From a virus (taxonomy: Duplodnaviria; Caudoviricetes), in IMG/VR virus record IMGVR_UViG_3300021082_000080, positions 1 through 29,528 of that record: 29,528 nt of DNA; one strand, given 5' to 3'. Both the position numbers and the translations under genes were made by a program. Every line of letters starts with the position of its first letter. Positions within the stretch are counted from its first letter, which is position 1. Below the pieces are notes generated by a model that ran no database searches, was not told the origin of the DNA, and was given only the letters and a program-made list of their open reading frames with translations. Positions 1 to 8,763 of the stretch are shown one piece after another.

Positions 1-2
1 AT

Positions 3-797
3 CCGAACAGTCCCGTTCCGGCGTTTTGGCAGGCAAAGGGGGCAAATGGGGTTAACGAATATCTTGCCCGGTTGCGCCTGCGATCGGGCATGGGAACGAA
101 GGAAGGGCGCGAGCAGACCGAGAAGACCATCAAGGCTGTCGAGGATTGGCAGGAAAAAAACTCTGGCATCGAGCGCTCCGCACGCACGAAGGAGGGCGAG
201 GAACTTTCCAAGACCCTCAAAGAATTTGTGGAGGGCGGCATCGATGCTCGCGGGCACGACGCTCAATTGGAAGAAATCCGGCGGCTTGGGCAACGGGTGC
301 CTTACGGCATCATTCCGAAAGTTCAAAGTTTCCTTGGCCATTACGGCATCGAAACCAAGGGCTTGAGCGACATCCAAGCCTACGAACGCGCCATCGATTT
401 CTTCTCCCCGCAATTGCGGCCGATCGGCTCGGGGCGCTTGCTGCAGAACGAGTTGACCGCGTTCAAGAGCGCGCTCGGCGGCCTGATGACCACGCCAGAA
501 GGCCGAGAACTCTCCATCAGCAATCTCCAAATCCTGTCAAAATACAAAGAGGACGTTGGGCGGGTTGCGGCAGATAAGTCGCTGACCGGTGATCAGCGCA
601 TCAACAAAATTTACGACCTGAAGATACCGAAACTACAAACCGAACTGCCGAAGGCTCCAGCGCAGGGCACCCAAGCAGTAAAAACGCAGCCCGTCTTTAA
701 GACCCAGTCAGACGCGGATGCCGCCGTTGCCCGCGGGCAACTCCGTAGAGGCGACACCTTTATTGCTGGGGATGGAAAAATTCGGAAAGTCCCGTGA
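3..797 (+). CDS. Internal virion / DNA ejection protein, 5'-truncated by window edge
   Basis: Frame of ORF 72..797 is open back to position 3; helical, charged protein; GTGA-coupled to the next ejection-like gene. Confidence 0.55.
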   Translation, partial: PNSPVPAFWQAKGANGVNEYLARLRLRSGMGTKEGREQTEKTIKAVEDWQEKNSGIERSARTKEGEELSKTLKEFVEGGIDARGHDAQLEEIRRLGQRVPYGIIPKVQSFLGHYGIETKGLSDIQAYERAIDFFSPQLRPIGSGRLLQNELTAFKSALGGLMTTPEGRELSISNLQILSKYKEDVGRVAADKSLTGDQRINKIYDLKIPKLQTELPKAPAQGTQAVKTQPVFKTQSDADAAVARGQLRRGDTFIAGDGKIRKVP

Positions 798-2827
798 GCG
801 ACTGGAGTGCCTACCCCGAGGTAACCCCGCCGTCATCTGACCCGGCGCGGATCACCGTGCGCCCGCAGGACGCAAATCCTCCCGACAGTTGGGACGCCTA
901 TCCGGAGGTCGGTGCCGGTGCAACCGCGCTGGGATTAGCCAAGGCTGGCGGTGTAGGCCTCGCCAAAGGCGCGATCGGATTGGCGGGTCTGCCCGGCGAT
1001 GTGAGCAACCTCGGGGCCCGCGGGATCGACGCGGCAACCCGCTTTGTGATGGATAAATTAGGGATGGACGCGCCTCCGCCGATCGATCCGGCAAAGGGGT
1101 TTGCCATTCCAGGTTCTGCCGACATTCAAAAAGGCATCGAAAACTATACCGGCGAGTTTCGCAAGCCGCAGACGACGGGCGAGAAATACGCTGAGACGAT
1201 CGGATCGTTTTTACCGGCCGCGCTCGCTGGTCCCGGCGGCATAGCTCGCCGCGTCATCGCCGGAGCGGTCATCCCAGGAGCAGCGTCAGAAACCGCAGGG
1301 CAGGCCACAGAGGGCACAGATATCGAGCCCTATGCCCGCGCGGCTGCGGCCCTAACGGCAGGAGCAGGGGCCATCCTGGCGAGCCCCGGTCGCACCACAT
1401 CTACCGCCATCCGAAGCCAGCTGCCGGACTATGTCACCCCGGCGCATGTGCAGCGCGCTGAACTCCTCATCAACCACGCACAGGCCCGCGGCGTGGGTCT
1501 GACCTGGCCAGAGGCGCTGAGTCGGGTCACTGGTCGTCCGGTCCTGACCGACACGCAGCGCATCCTCGAAAGCACGCCGCAATCGCGGACTACGATGCAA
1601 AACTTCTTTGCCGATCGACCGCAGCAAATAGAGGGAGCCACGCGGGCGGAAATCGGAAACATTGCTCCACGCCCAGCCAGTCCCACCAGCATCGGCCGTG
1701 AGGTCGGAACGGCCGCCGAGGGCGCAGTCAATGACGTGCGTGGCGGCATCAACACACAGGCCCGGCCGTTTTATCAACAGGCCGAGAACGTCCGCCTCAC
1801 GCCACAGGAAATGCGTCAGGTATATGCCATTCCTGGCTATGGCGAGGCGGCCGAGGCTGTCCGCAACAACGTCCAGTTAAACCGGAACGTTGCGCATCTA
1901 CCGGACGACTCGATCGGTTTTCTCAATGAGGTCAAAAAGTATCTTGACCAGCAGACCATCAATTCACGCTCGCCGCTGTATCAGAACCCCAACATGCAGA
2001 TCACGTCCGGGCTCGGACAGGACGCAACGGCCGTCCGAGACGCAGCGGCAAACGCTGTGCGCGATCCGACGCGCCAATACACAACCGCACTAGCCGTTGA
2101 AGAAAACCTCCGAGGACGCATCCTGCAACCGCTCTTGGACGGGCCGCTCGGCCAACTTGCCAACCGCGACATCAAAACCCGTGATGCGATTAATGCGCTT
2201 TTCCCGAAAAACCCCACCGCCAACGAGCGGCAAATCTCCGAGGCCGTTGGTGCGGTAGCCGCGCGCAATCCAGGTGCCGCGAGCCAACTGGTTCGCTCCC
2301 ATATCGAATACACCCTGAATGATGCGGCGACCAACCTGCAGACCGGCGGCAACCAAGCCCTGGGGGCCAAACTGGCCGTGCGCCTGACCGGCAACCCGCA
2401 GCAGCGCGCCAACCTACAGGCCGCCGTCGAGGCGCTGCCGAACGGGCAAGCCCGCTGGCGAGGGATGGAGCAATTGCTGGAGATCGCCGCAGCTACCGGG
2501 GAGCGGCAAGCCAAGGGCTCCCTGACTGCCTTCAACGCCGAGGAATTAAAGCTTATGGCCGGCGGCACAAACCTCTCCGAGGTCGCCAAGACCGCCGCCA
2601 GTCCGAATAAGTGGTTGGGTATCGTCAACGACAAATGGACCAAATGGCAGTTGGGTCAAAACCTGAACGGCCTAGCGCGGATTATTACCGATCCAGCGTC
2701 GGGGGCCCTGCTCCAGCGCCTGGCTGGGTTGCCGCGTAATTCCAATGAGGCCGGTGCCATCGCTGCCAGGCTGATCCTGCAGGGGGATGCTTCGGCGACG
2801 AAAGAGCGTCGGCAGCCAAACGGTTAG
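794..2827 (+). CDS. Large internal virion / DNA transfer protein (podovirus ejectosome-like), 677 aa
   Basis: Ala/Gly-rich helical protein with hydrophobic GA-rich N-terminal segments, repeated W(S/D)AYPEV motif, position just before tail fibre genes. Confidence 0.6.
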   Translation: MSDWSAYPEVTPPSSDPARITVRPQDANPPDSWDAYPEVGAGATALGLAKAGGVGLAKGAIGLAGLPGDVSNLGARGIDAATRFVMDKLGMDAPPPIDPAKGFAIPGSADIQKGIENYTGEFRKPQTTGEKYAETIGSFLPAALAGPGGIARRVIAGAVIPGAASETAGQATEGTDIEPYARAAAALTAGAGAILASPGRTTSTAIRSQLPDYVTPAHVQRAELLINHAQARGVGLTWPEALSRVTGRPVLTDTQRILESTPQSRTTMQNFFADRPQQIEGATRAEIGNIAPRPASPTSIGREVGTAAEGAVNDVRGGINTQARPFYQQAENVRLTPQEMRQVYAIPGYGEAAEAVRNNVQLNRNVAHLPDDSIGFLNEVKKYLDQQTINSRSPLYQNPNMQITSGLGQDATAVRDAAANAVRDPTRQYTTALAVEENLRGRILQPLLDGPLGQLANRDIKTRDAINALFPKNPTANERQISEAVGAVAARNPGAASQLVRSHIEYTLNDAATNLQTGGNQALGAKLAVRLTGNPQQRANLQAAVEALPNGQARWRGMEQLLEIAAATGERQAKGSLTAFNAEELKLMAGGTNLSEVAKTAASPNKWLGIVNDKWTKWQLGQNLNGLARIITDPASGALLQRLAGLPRNSNEAGAIAARLILQGDASATKERRQPNG

Positions 2828-2944
2828 GGCATAGGCCAACCCCACCCCGGCCGCAGCCGGGATTAGGCCGTTGGGCGTGGCCTCCCAGTGGATGTTGGCC
2901 GCGACCACCGCGAAGATGATGAGGAGTTGGGCGACGTAGATCAT
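2672..2944 (-). CDS. Small two-TM membrane protein (moron-like)
   Basis: Two hydrophobic segments (MIYVAQLLIIFAVVAA; LIPAAAGVGLAYALTVWL) followed by RRR; AAGGGGG RBS upstream; the hydrophobic part mostly fills the 2828-2996 gap. Confidence 0.6.
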   Translation of the reverse strand: MIYVAQLLIIFAVVAANIHWEATPNGLIPAAAGVGLAYALTVWLPTLFRRRSIPLQDQPGSDGTGLIGITRQPSQALEQGPRRWIGNNPR

Positions 2945-2996
2945 CTGGCCCCCTTGGTGCGTTGCTCAAACCGACCCCTCGGCCACTCTCGCGCCC

Positions 2997-3995
2997 ATGG
3001 CTGGCTCGATCAATCTCTCGCTGTCGCAGCAGTTCGACAAGCTCAACGGCACCCTGCTGTCGGGCGGTCGGCTCTATTTCTACGCCGCCGGGACTGACGC
3101 GCCGCAGAACGCCTACATGGACACCGGGCTCACCCTCGTCCACCCCAACCCCATCATCCTGGCCTCTGACGGCCGCATCCCGCAACTGTATTTCGCCGAC
3201 GGCTCGATCCACGTCCGGCTGACCGACAGCGGCGGGGTGGTGCAGTTCGACGAGGACTTTGTTCTTGTGGTCGGGCCGTCTGACGGTGGGGGCGGCGGCG
3301 GCGGCACCTCGGTTGACCCCACCAAAATCTTCCAGACCGGCGACATATTGTGGTTGCCAACGGGCGTTGACCGCTCCGGCTGGGTCAAAAGCAACGGCCT
3401 CACTGTTGGCAATTCCGGCAGCGGTGCGACCCGCGCCAATGCTGACTGCCACTTCCTGTTCCTGTACCTATACGGCACCTATGACCAGACAACCTGCCCG
3501 GTATCTGGCGGTCGCACTGGCAATGCCGAGAACGACTGGACCAACGGCAAGACCATTGCCACGCTCGACTTCCGCGAGATCATGATCGGCGGCATGTCCG
3601 AGATGGGCAATAGTTACCGCGGCGGCTATGGTGCCGTGCCGACCGAACGCTACGTTTCTACCACCCCGGCCGGCATCATTGGCGAAATAACCCACCCGCT
3701 CACGATCGCCGAACTGGCGGCGCACGATCATACCGGAGCCGGCGTGACGGGCGACAACAACCGCGGTCATACGCACGGCGGCGGCTCGCTCTTAGATCAG
3801 GTTGGTGGCGGAACCATTGCGGCAACCGCCGGCGGCGTCTTCGTTGTGAACGCCGTCAATGCCGGCGGCAGTGGCGCCACCGACGACGAGAGCCAATCCC
3901 ACACCCACACATTCTCGACCGCCACTGTCGGCTCTGGCGCCGGGCACAACAACACGCCGCGCACCATGATGGGCACGTTTTACGTGAAGCTGTAG
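2997..3995 (+). CDS. Tail fibre protein with P22-like head-binding N-domain and tail-collar domain
   Basis: GGRLYFYAAGT...NPIILASDGR N-terminus; Gly linker; collar-like TGDILW...GWVKSNG; HxH motifs and HNNTP..FYVKL C-terminus typical of short fibres. Confidence 0.75.
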   Translation: MAGSINLSLSQQFDKLNGTLLSGGRLYFYAAGTDAPQNAYMDTGLTLVHPNPIILASDGRIPQLYFADGSIHVRLTDSGGVVQFDEDFVLVVGPSDGGGGGGGTSVDPTKIFQTGDILWLPTGVDRSGWVKSNGLTVGNSGSGATRANADCHFLFLYLYGTYDQTTCPVSGGRTGNAENDWTNGKTIATLDFREIMIGGMSEMGNSYRGGYGAVPTERYVSTTPAGIIGEITHPLTIAELAAHDHTGAGVTGDNNRGHTHGGGSLLDQVGGGTIAATAGGVFVVNAVNAGGSGATDDESQSHTHTFSTATVGSGAGHNNTPRTMMGTFYVKL

Positions 3996-3997
3996 CC

Positions 3998-4342
3998 ATG
4001 GACTTTGGACGCCTTGAGGCACAATCCAACCGCGCAACCTTCCAGCGCGAGTTTCAGATCGTCGACGACGATACCGACGAACTGCTCGACCTGACCGACA
4101 AGACCATCATCTTCGAGGTCAAGCATCCGACCGATTGTCGCGCCGTTCTCTCGGCGACCATCGACAACGGCAAGATCACGGTGGTCGACCTCGGAACCTT
4201 TATCGTGACTTTTGCCCGCAGCGAGATGACCAACCTCTGCCCCGGCACCTACGACCTCGGCATCACCATCGGCGATGACGACGAGACCGGCCAGGCCCTG
4301 ATCGGCACGCTACCGATCGCGGCGGGAGTGGTGGCGCGATGA
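3998..4342 (+). CDS. Tail adaptor / beta-sandwich (BppU-N-like) protein
   Basis: Beta-rich 114 aa with DLT...F.V...G.I...GTY pattern, lying between fibre genes and ATGA-coupled to the tailspike. Confidence 0.5.
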   Translation: MDFGRLEAQSNRATFQREFQIVDDDTDELLDLTDKTIIFEVKHPTDCRAVLSATIDNGKITVVDLGTFIVTFARSEMTNLCPGTYDLGITIGDDDETGQALIGTLPIAAGVVAR

Positions 4343-6156
4343 GCATGCCGGTCATCAGGCTGCGGCAGGTCGTCGGCTTCCCCGGCAACATCGTCGGCGG
4401 CGTTGGCATTGAAGTGACCAAGGCGCATGGCACCGTCACAATTGATACTGACTGGAGCGATCTCAGTTCGATCTCTGCCATTCCCACCAGCCCGACGAGT
4501 TTTATCCTCACCTTCGACTCGGCGACCGGCGTTTACGTTCTGGTTCCATCGCATCTGCTCGGCGGTGCGGCCTCCGGCATCGCCGACGCGCCAACTGGTG
4601 GCGTGCAATATGGTCGGCAGAGCGGGGTGTGGTCGCCGGTTGCTTTTGACACCCGTGCGACGGCAATTGCCACCACCATACTGGGCGGCGGGGCAACAAT
4701 CCAACTGCGCGGCTATGCTTCGGTGGGCGATGGTGGCGCGGCAACATATGCCCGCATCTCGACGCCCTCTCCGGTCCAGGCCTGGCACTTTCAGTCGGCA
4801 GACGGGCAGTGGTGGGAACTGCAGGGCAACGTCATAACGCCAGAGACGATGGGCGGCAGCCCAACCGCAACTACCGCCAATGATGCGGCGTTCAGGGCCT
4901 GTGTGGCCTATCTCGGCGTGCGCGGCGGTGGCAAAGTCATCCTCGACAAGATGTATCAGCGCACCGACACCCTGATCATCGATCAGCCCGATATTACCTT
5001 CACGTCGAATAATGGTGGCGGCGTCTGGCTGCGCGGCGATGGGCTATCGGGAGCCGGATCGACGCCGGTATTCCATGTTGCGGCCAACAATCTGACGTTT
5101 CAGGACATCGAGATCAAAGGGGATGCGCTTCCCCGCGCCCAGGCAAACTTTGCCATCTATGGTGCCTGCGACAATATCCTCATTCAAAATTGCGATATCC
5201 ACGATCTGCTCAACGCCGTTTGGTTGTTCAACTGCAAGAACATCCGCATCCTATACAACCGCATCACCGATTTGAGCGGTGGTGGTTTTCAGATGAGCAA
5301 TGGAGCGTCGGAGTTCATCATTCATGGCAACGATTGCCTGCGCATTTCGGATGACGTGTGTTGCGCGGTGACCGAGGCTCATTTCGTGACCGACGATCCA
5401 ATTACATTTCCAACCCTGGTGAAAGCAAATCGCGGCATCATCTCCAACAATTCGATCCGCGATACGCTCTCTTCGGCCACGCCGATCCGCGTTCTTCAGT
5501 CCGACGCCATCATCATAACCGGGAACAACATTCTACGCTGCCCGCAAGCCGGAATTTCTTGCACGCCAGACGGCGCTTCCGATACCTGCAATTTCATCAC
5601 GATCGCCAATAACACCATACTGTTGTACGGTCTTCACTACAGTGGCGACCCAACCTTTGCGGCCCCCTTCCCGGCCGACGGGGCCACGGCCGGAATTTTG
5701 GTCTTGGCAGCGCAGAGCGTAATCGTTGAAGGCAACAACATCGTCGAGGGCACCCCCACCGGGCACGGCCGCGGCATTCAAATCGACGGGCGATCTACCA
5801 ATATAGCGGTTCGCAATAACCGAATTTCGCTGACCACCATCGGCATTTCCATGACCTCGCTGTTGTCCACCGATCCCATCTATGATGTTGAGATCGACAA
5901 CAATACTCTCACCAACCTCGGAAGCTGGGGCCTCATTCTCGATCCGGGCGCCGTCACCGTGCGCGACATCGTCATCCGCGACAATGTCTTTCGTTTTATC
6001 AACGGAGACGGCAGCGCGGGTCTTATCCGGGTGGCCAATACCGGCGCATCGAAGGTGTGGCTGCTGCGCAATATGGGCATCAACAGGAATTCCGGCGTCA
6101 ACTCCATTGCCGGGACTTCCACGGCGGTGACGGATACCGACACCATCCTTGCCTGA
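4339..6156 (+). CDS. Tailspike / polysaccharide depolymerase with parallel beta-helix
   Basis: LRGYASVGDGGAATY and PETMGG...NDAAF motifs, then many I.I..N.I beta-helix rungs (NIRILYNRI, IIISNNSI-type repeats). Confidence 0.85.
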   Translation: MSMPVIRLRQVVGFPGNIVGGVGIEVTKAHGTVTIDTDWSDLSSISAIPTSPTSFILTFDSATGVYVLVPSHLLGGAASGIADAPTGGVQYGRQSGVWSPVAFDTRATAIATTILGGGATIQLRGYASVGDGGAATYARISTPSPVQAWHFQSADGQWWELQGNVITPETMGGSPTATTANDAAFRACVAYLGVRGGGKVILDKMYQRTDTLIIDQPDITFTSNNGGGVWLRGDGLSGAGSTPVFHVAANNLTFQDIEIKGDALPRAQANFAIYGACDNILIQNCDIHDLLNAVWLFNCKNIRILYNRITDLSGGGFQMSNGASEFIIHGNDCLRISDDVCCAVTEAHFVTDDPITFPTLVKANRGIISNNSIRDTLSSATPIRVLQSDAIIITGNNILRCPQAGISCTPDGASDTCNFITIANNTILLYGLHYSGDPTFAAPFPADGATAGILVLAAQSVIVEGNNIVEGTPTGHGRGIQIDGRSTNIAVRNNRISLTTIGISMTSLLSTDPIYDVEIDNNTLTNLGSWGLILDPGAVTVRDIVIRDNVFRFINGDGSAGLIRVANTGASKVWLLRNMGINRNSGVNSIAGTSTAVTDTDTILA

Positions 6157-6177
6157 CAGGGAGAAAGTGGCCGTGCA

Positions 6178-7641
6178 ATGAGTCCCTCAATCCCGGTTTT
6201 CAGCGAACGGCCCAAGGCTGCTCCAACGCCAAAACTGCGGGCGCTCGTCAAGTTTCCCGGCACGGTCGCGGCCACGACCGGCATCGAGGTCACCAAGGAA
6301 AACGGTGTTTGGACGTTTGAAACGGACTGGAGCGACTTTGCAACCGTTTCGTCTACCCCCACCAGTTCGACCAACTATGTTCTCAACTACGATGCCATAT
6401 CGCACATCTACACGCTGGTGCCGACCGTGCTACTCGGTGGCGGCGGTGGATTTCTGGATGTTCCTATCGACGGCGTGCAGTATGGCAGGCAAAGCGTTGC
6501 CGGTGTTCCAGCGTGGACGCCGATCGACACCGTGACGGCCGGCGTGGCTTCGTTCAACACCAGGACCGGCGCGGTCACGCTGACCAGCGGCGACGTGACA
6601 ACGGTGCTGCCGGCTTCCTCTACCACGCCGGTAATGGACGGTGCGGCGGCTGTCGGGGTGGGAACGACCTGGGCGCGATCGGACCACATTCACCCCAGCG
6701 ACACATCGCGTGCTGCAGTCTCACACACTCACACCGCGTCAGCCATCACCGACTTCGCAGAGGCGGTCGATGATCGCGTCGGCTCACTGTTGGTGGCCGG
6801 CACCAACGTCACGCTGAGTTACAACGATGTGGCCAACACGCTGACAATCAACTCGTCCGGCGGTGGCGGGACGCCAAGCATCATCAATCCAATCGTGGAC
6901 GGCGTTGCGACCCCTGGCGTTGCGACGGCGTATACGCGCGAGGATCATGTCCATCCGACCGACACGTCGCGCGTGGCCAAGGCCGGCGACACCATGACCG
7001 GTGCGTTGAAGGTAGCAGGGGCTCTCTGGCTAAACACCGGGAGCACATTTGGTATCTCGACCGATAATAGCGAGTTATTCGTTCACGCTGGTGGAAACGG
7101 CGGCGTCTGGTTCCAAAACGGCACGACCGGCACTATCGGCAACTTTGACAACACTGGAAACTTTGCCATCTTTGGCGCGAATGCCTACAAGCCGGGCGGC
7201 GGTTCTTGGACGGCACCGTCCGATGCGCGCATCAAGAATATCATTGGGGATTACAAGAGCGGGCTCGATGAAATACTGCGGCTGTCCCCGAAGATTTACA
7301 CTTACAAAGGCAATGACACGCCGGCACCGCCGGATGGCAAGTCGGCCGTCCCTTATGCGGACTCCCGGCATTATGGCGTTGCTGCCAGCGAGACAGAATT
7401 TGTCGGACTGATTGCCCAGGACGCCGAGAAGCCGATGCCCGAAATGGTCAGCCTGCGCGCTGGCTATATTGATGGTGTGGCGGTGGATGATTTGCGTGAG
7501 CTCGACACCACGCCGCTAGTGTTCGCCCTTATAAACGCGTGCAAGGAATTGGCGGCGCGCGTCGAGGAATTAGAGGGAACGAAGATGGCGGCGCCAAAGA
7601 TGGCAGCCGCGAAGGCCGCGCCTAAGCGCAAGAAGAAATGA
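6178..7641 (+). CDS. Second tail fibre with C-terminal peptidase S74 intramolecular chaperone
   Basis: VASFNTRTGAVTL and KAGDTMTGAL fibre motifs; SDARIKNI...GLIAQD...LINACKELAARVEELE chaperone signature. Confidence 0.85.
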   Translation: MSPSIPVFSERPKAAPTPKLRALVKFPGTVAATTGIEVTKENGVWTFETDWSDFATVSSTPTSSTNYVLNYDAISHIYTLVPTVLLGGGGGFLDVPIDGVQYGRQSVAGVPAWTPIDTVTAGVASFNTRTGAVTLTSGDVTTVLPASSTTPVMDGAAAVGVGTTWARSDHIHPSDTSRAAVSHTHTASAITDFAEAVDDRVGSLLVAGTNVTLSYNDVANTLTINSSGGGGTPSIINPIVDGVATPGVATAYTREDHVHPTDTSRVAKAGDTMTGALKVAGALWLNTGSTFGISTDNSELFVHAGGNGGVWFQNGTTGTIGNFDNTGNFAIFGANAYKPGGGSWTAPSDARIKNIIGDYKSGLDEILRLSPKIYTYKGNDTPAPPDGKSAVPYADSRHYGVAASETEFVGLIAQDAEKPMPEMVSLRAGYIDGVAVDDLRELDTTPLVFALINACKELAARVEELEGTKMAAPKMAAAKAAPKRKKK

Positions 7642-7922
7642 CCGAGCTCAAATCATGGCTGCGCGACAACTCCACCCTCGTCTATTTCCTGGTGGCGCAG
7701 GCGATAGCGTTCGGCACCGTGGGCGTCAGTGTGATCACGTACATGGTGAGGCTTGAGACAAGGGTGTCGATCATGGAGACGCGCGGGGCCGCTTACACGG
7801 CTGGGCGTCTTACCACAATCGACGAGCGACTGACGAAGCTGGAAACCACTGCCCACGGCAACGAGCAACGCATCGATCGTATTGTGGATGTCATGACCAA
7901 GAGGCTGAACATCAATCCATAG
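7638..7922 (+). CDS. Single-TM coiled-coil membrane protein (holin/antiholin-like)
   Basis: One TM (LVYFLVAQAIAFGTVGVSVITYMV) plus heptad tail; first gene of lysis region. Confidence 0.5.
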   Translation: MTELKSWLRDNSTLVYFLVAQAIAFGTVGVSVITYMVRLETRVSIMETRGAAYTAGRLTTIDERLTKLETTAHGNEQRIDRIVDVMTKRLNINP

Positions 7923-7931
7923 GAGGTCGCC

Positions 7932-8132
7932 ATGATCCAGCTGCTCGTCTACATCACGGTATTCATAATCCTTGCGATTTTGATCTGGTGGATTTTGCAG
8001 CAGGTGCCGCTGCCGGAGCCGCTTGGTAAGATCGTCATGATCGTGTTTGTCGTTGTCTGTGTTATCGCCCTGATAAGCATTTTGTTGAGTGCCACGGGCG
8101 GGGGCGGCCTGCATGTGCCGAGCCTGCGATAA
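7932..8132 (+). CDS. Two-TM small membrane protein, putative holin
   Basis: 66 aa, two strongly hydrophobic helices joined by VPLPEP; AGGAGG RBS; upstream of endolysin. Confidence 0.6.
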   Translation: MIQLLVYITVFIILAILIWWILQQVPLPEPLGKIVMIVFVVVCVIALISILLSATGGGGLHVPSLR

Positions 8133-8208
8133 TGATGATACAATAGGCGAGACGCCGCCCTCTTCACAGGGCGACGCCTCTAAACACCAAAGCACAGGAG
8201 ATGCTTCG

Positions 8209-8763
8209 ATGTCTAAACGTAAGCCTACCAAGATTCTGCCGCCTGTCGAATATCTGCGGGAATGCTTCACTTACGATCCAGGGACCGGCGAGATGAGGTG
8301 GAAGTTCCGTCCCAAAGAGCATTTTGTTGATGCGAGAGTGTGGGCGTCTTGGAATGCGCGGTTTGCTAATACGACGTCCAGCTCTAGAGACAAGAAAGGA
8401 TATTTTGCTGTTGCTCTAGATTATATTACCTATCGTGCGCATCGTTTGATTTGGAAAATCATAACAGCGGAAGATCCGCCTAACACCATTGATCACATTG
8501 ACGGAGACCCCAGCAATAACAGGTTTGACAACCTTCGGGTGGCCAACGGCTCTCAGCAGAAGTGGAACAAGGGGCTCGGAAAGAGAAATACGTCCGGTCA
8601 TCGTGGCGTCAATTGGTCCCGCGGAAAGTGGGTAGCTCAAATCAAAATTCACCGCGTTCAACGGTATCTCGGTCGTTTTGATACGGCCGAAGGAGCTTCT
8701 TTGGCCTACGAGAAGGCGGCGCGAGAACTTCACGGCGAATTTTATCGAGAGCACTCAAAATGA
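8209..8763 (+). CDS. HNH homing endonuclease with C-terminal AP2 domain
   Basis: YDPGTG N-motif, AHRLIW...IDHIDGDPSNNRFDNLR HNH core, NTSGHRGV...WVAQI...YLGRFDTAE.A..AY AP2; AGGAG RBS supports start 8209. Confidence 0.92.
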   Translation: MSKRKPTKILPPVEYLRECFTYDPGTGEMRWKFRPKEHFVDARVWASWNARFANTTSSSRDKKGYFAVALDYITYRAHRLIWKIITAEDPPNTIDHIDGDPSNNRFDNLRVANGSQQKWNKGLGKRNTSGHRGVNWSRGKWVAQIKIHRVQRYLGRFDTAEGASLAYEKAARELHGEFYREHSK

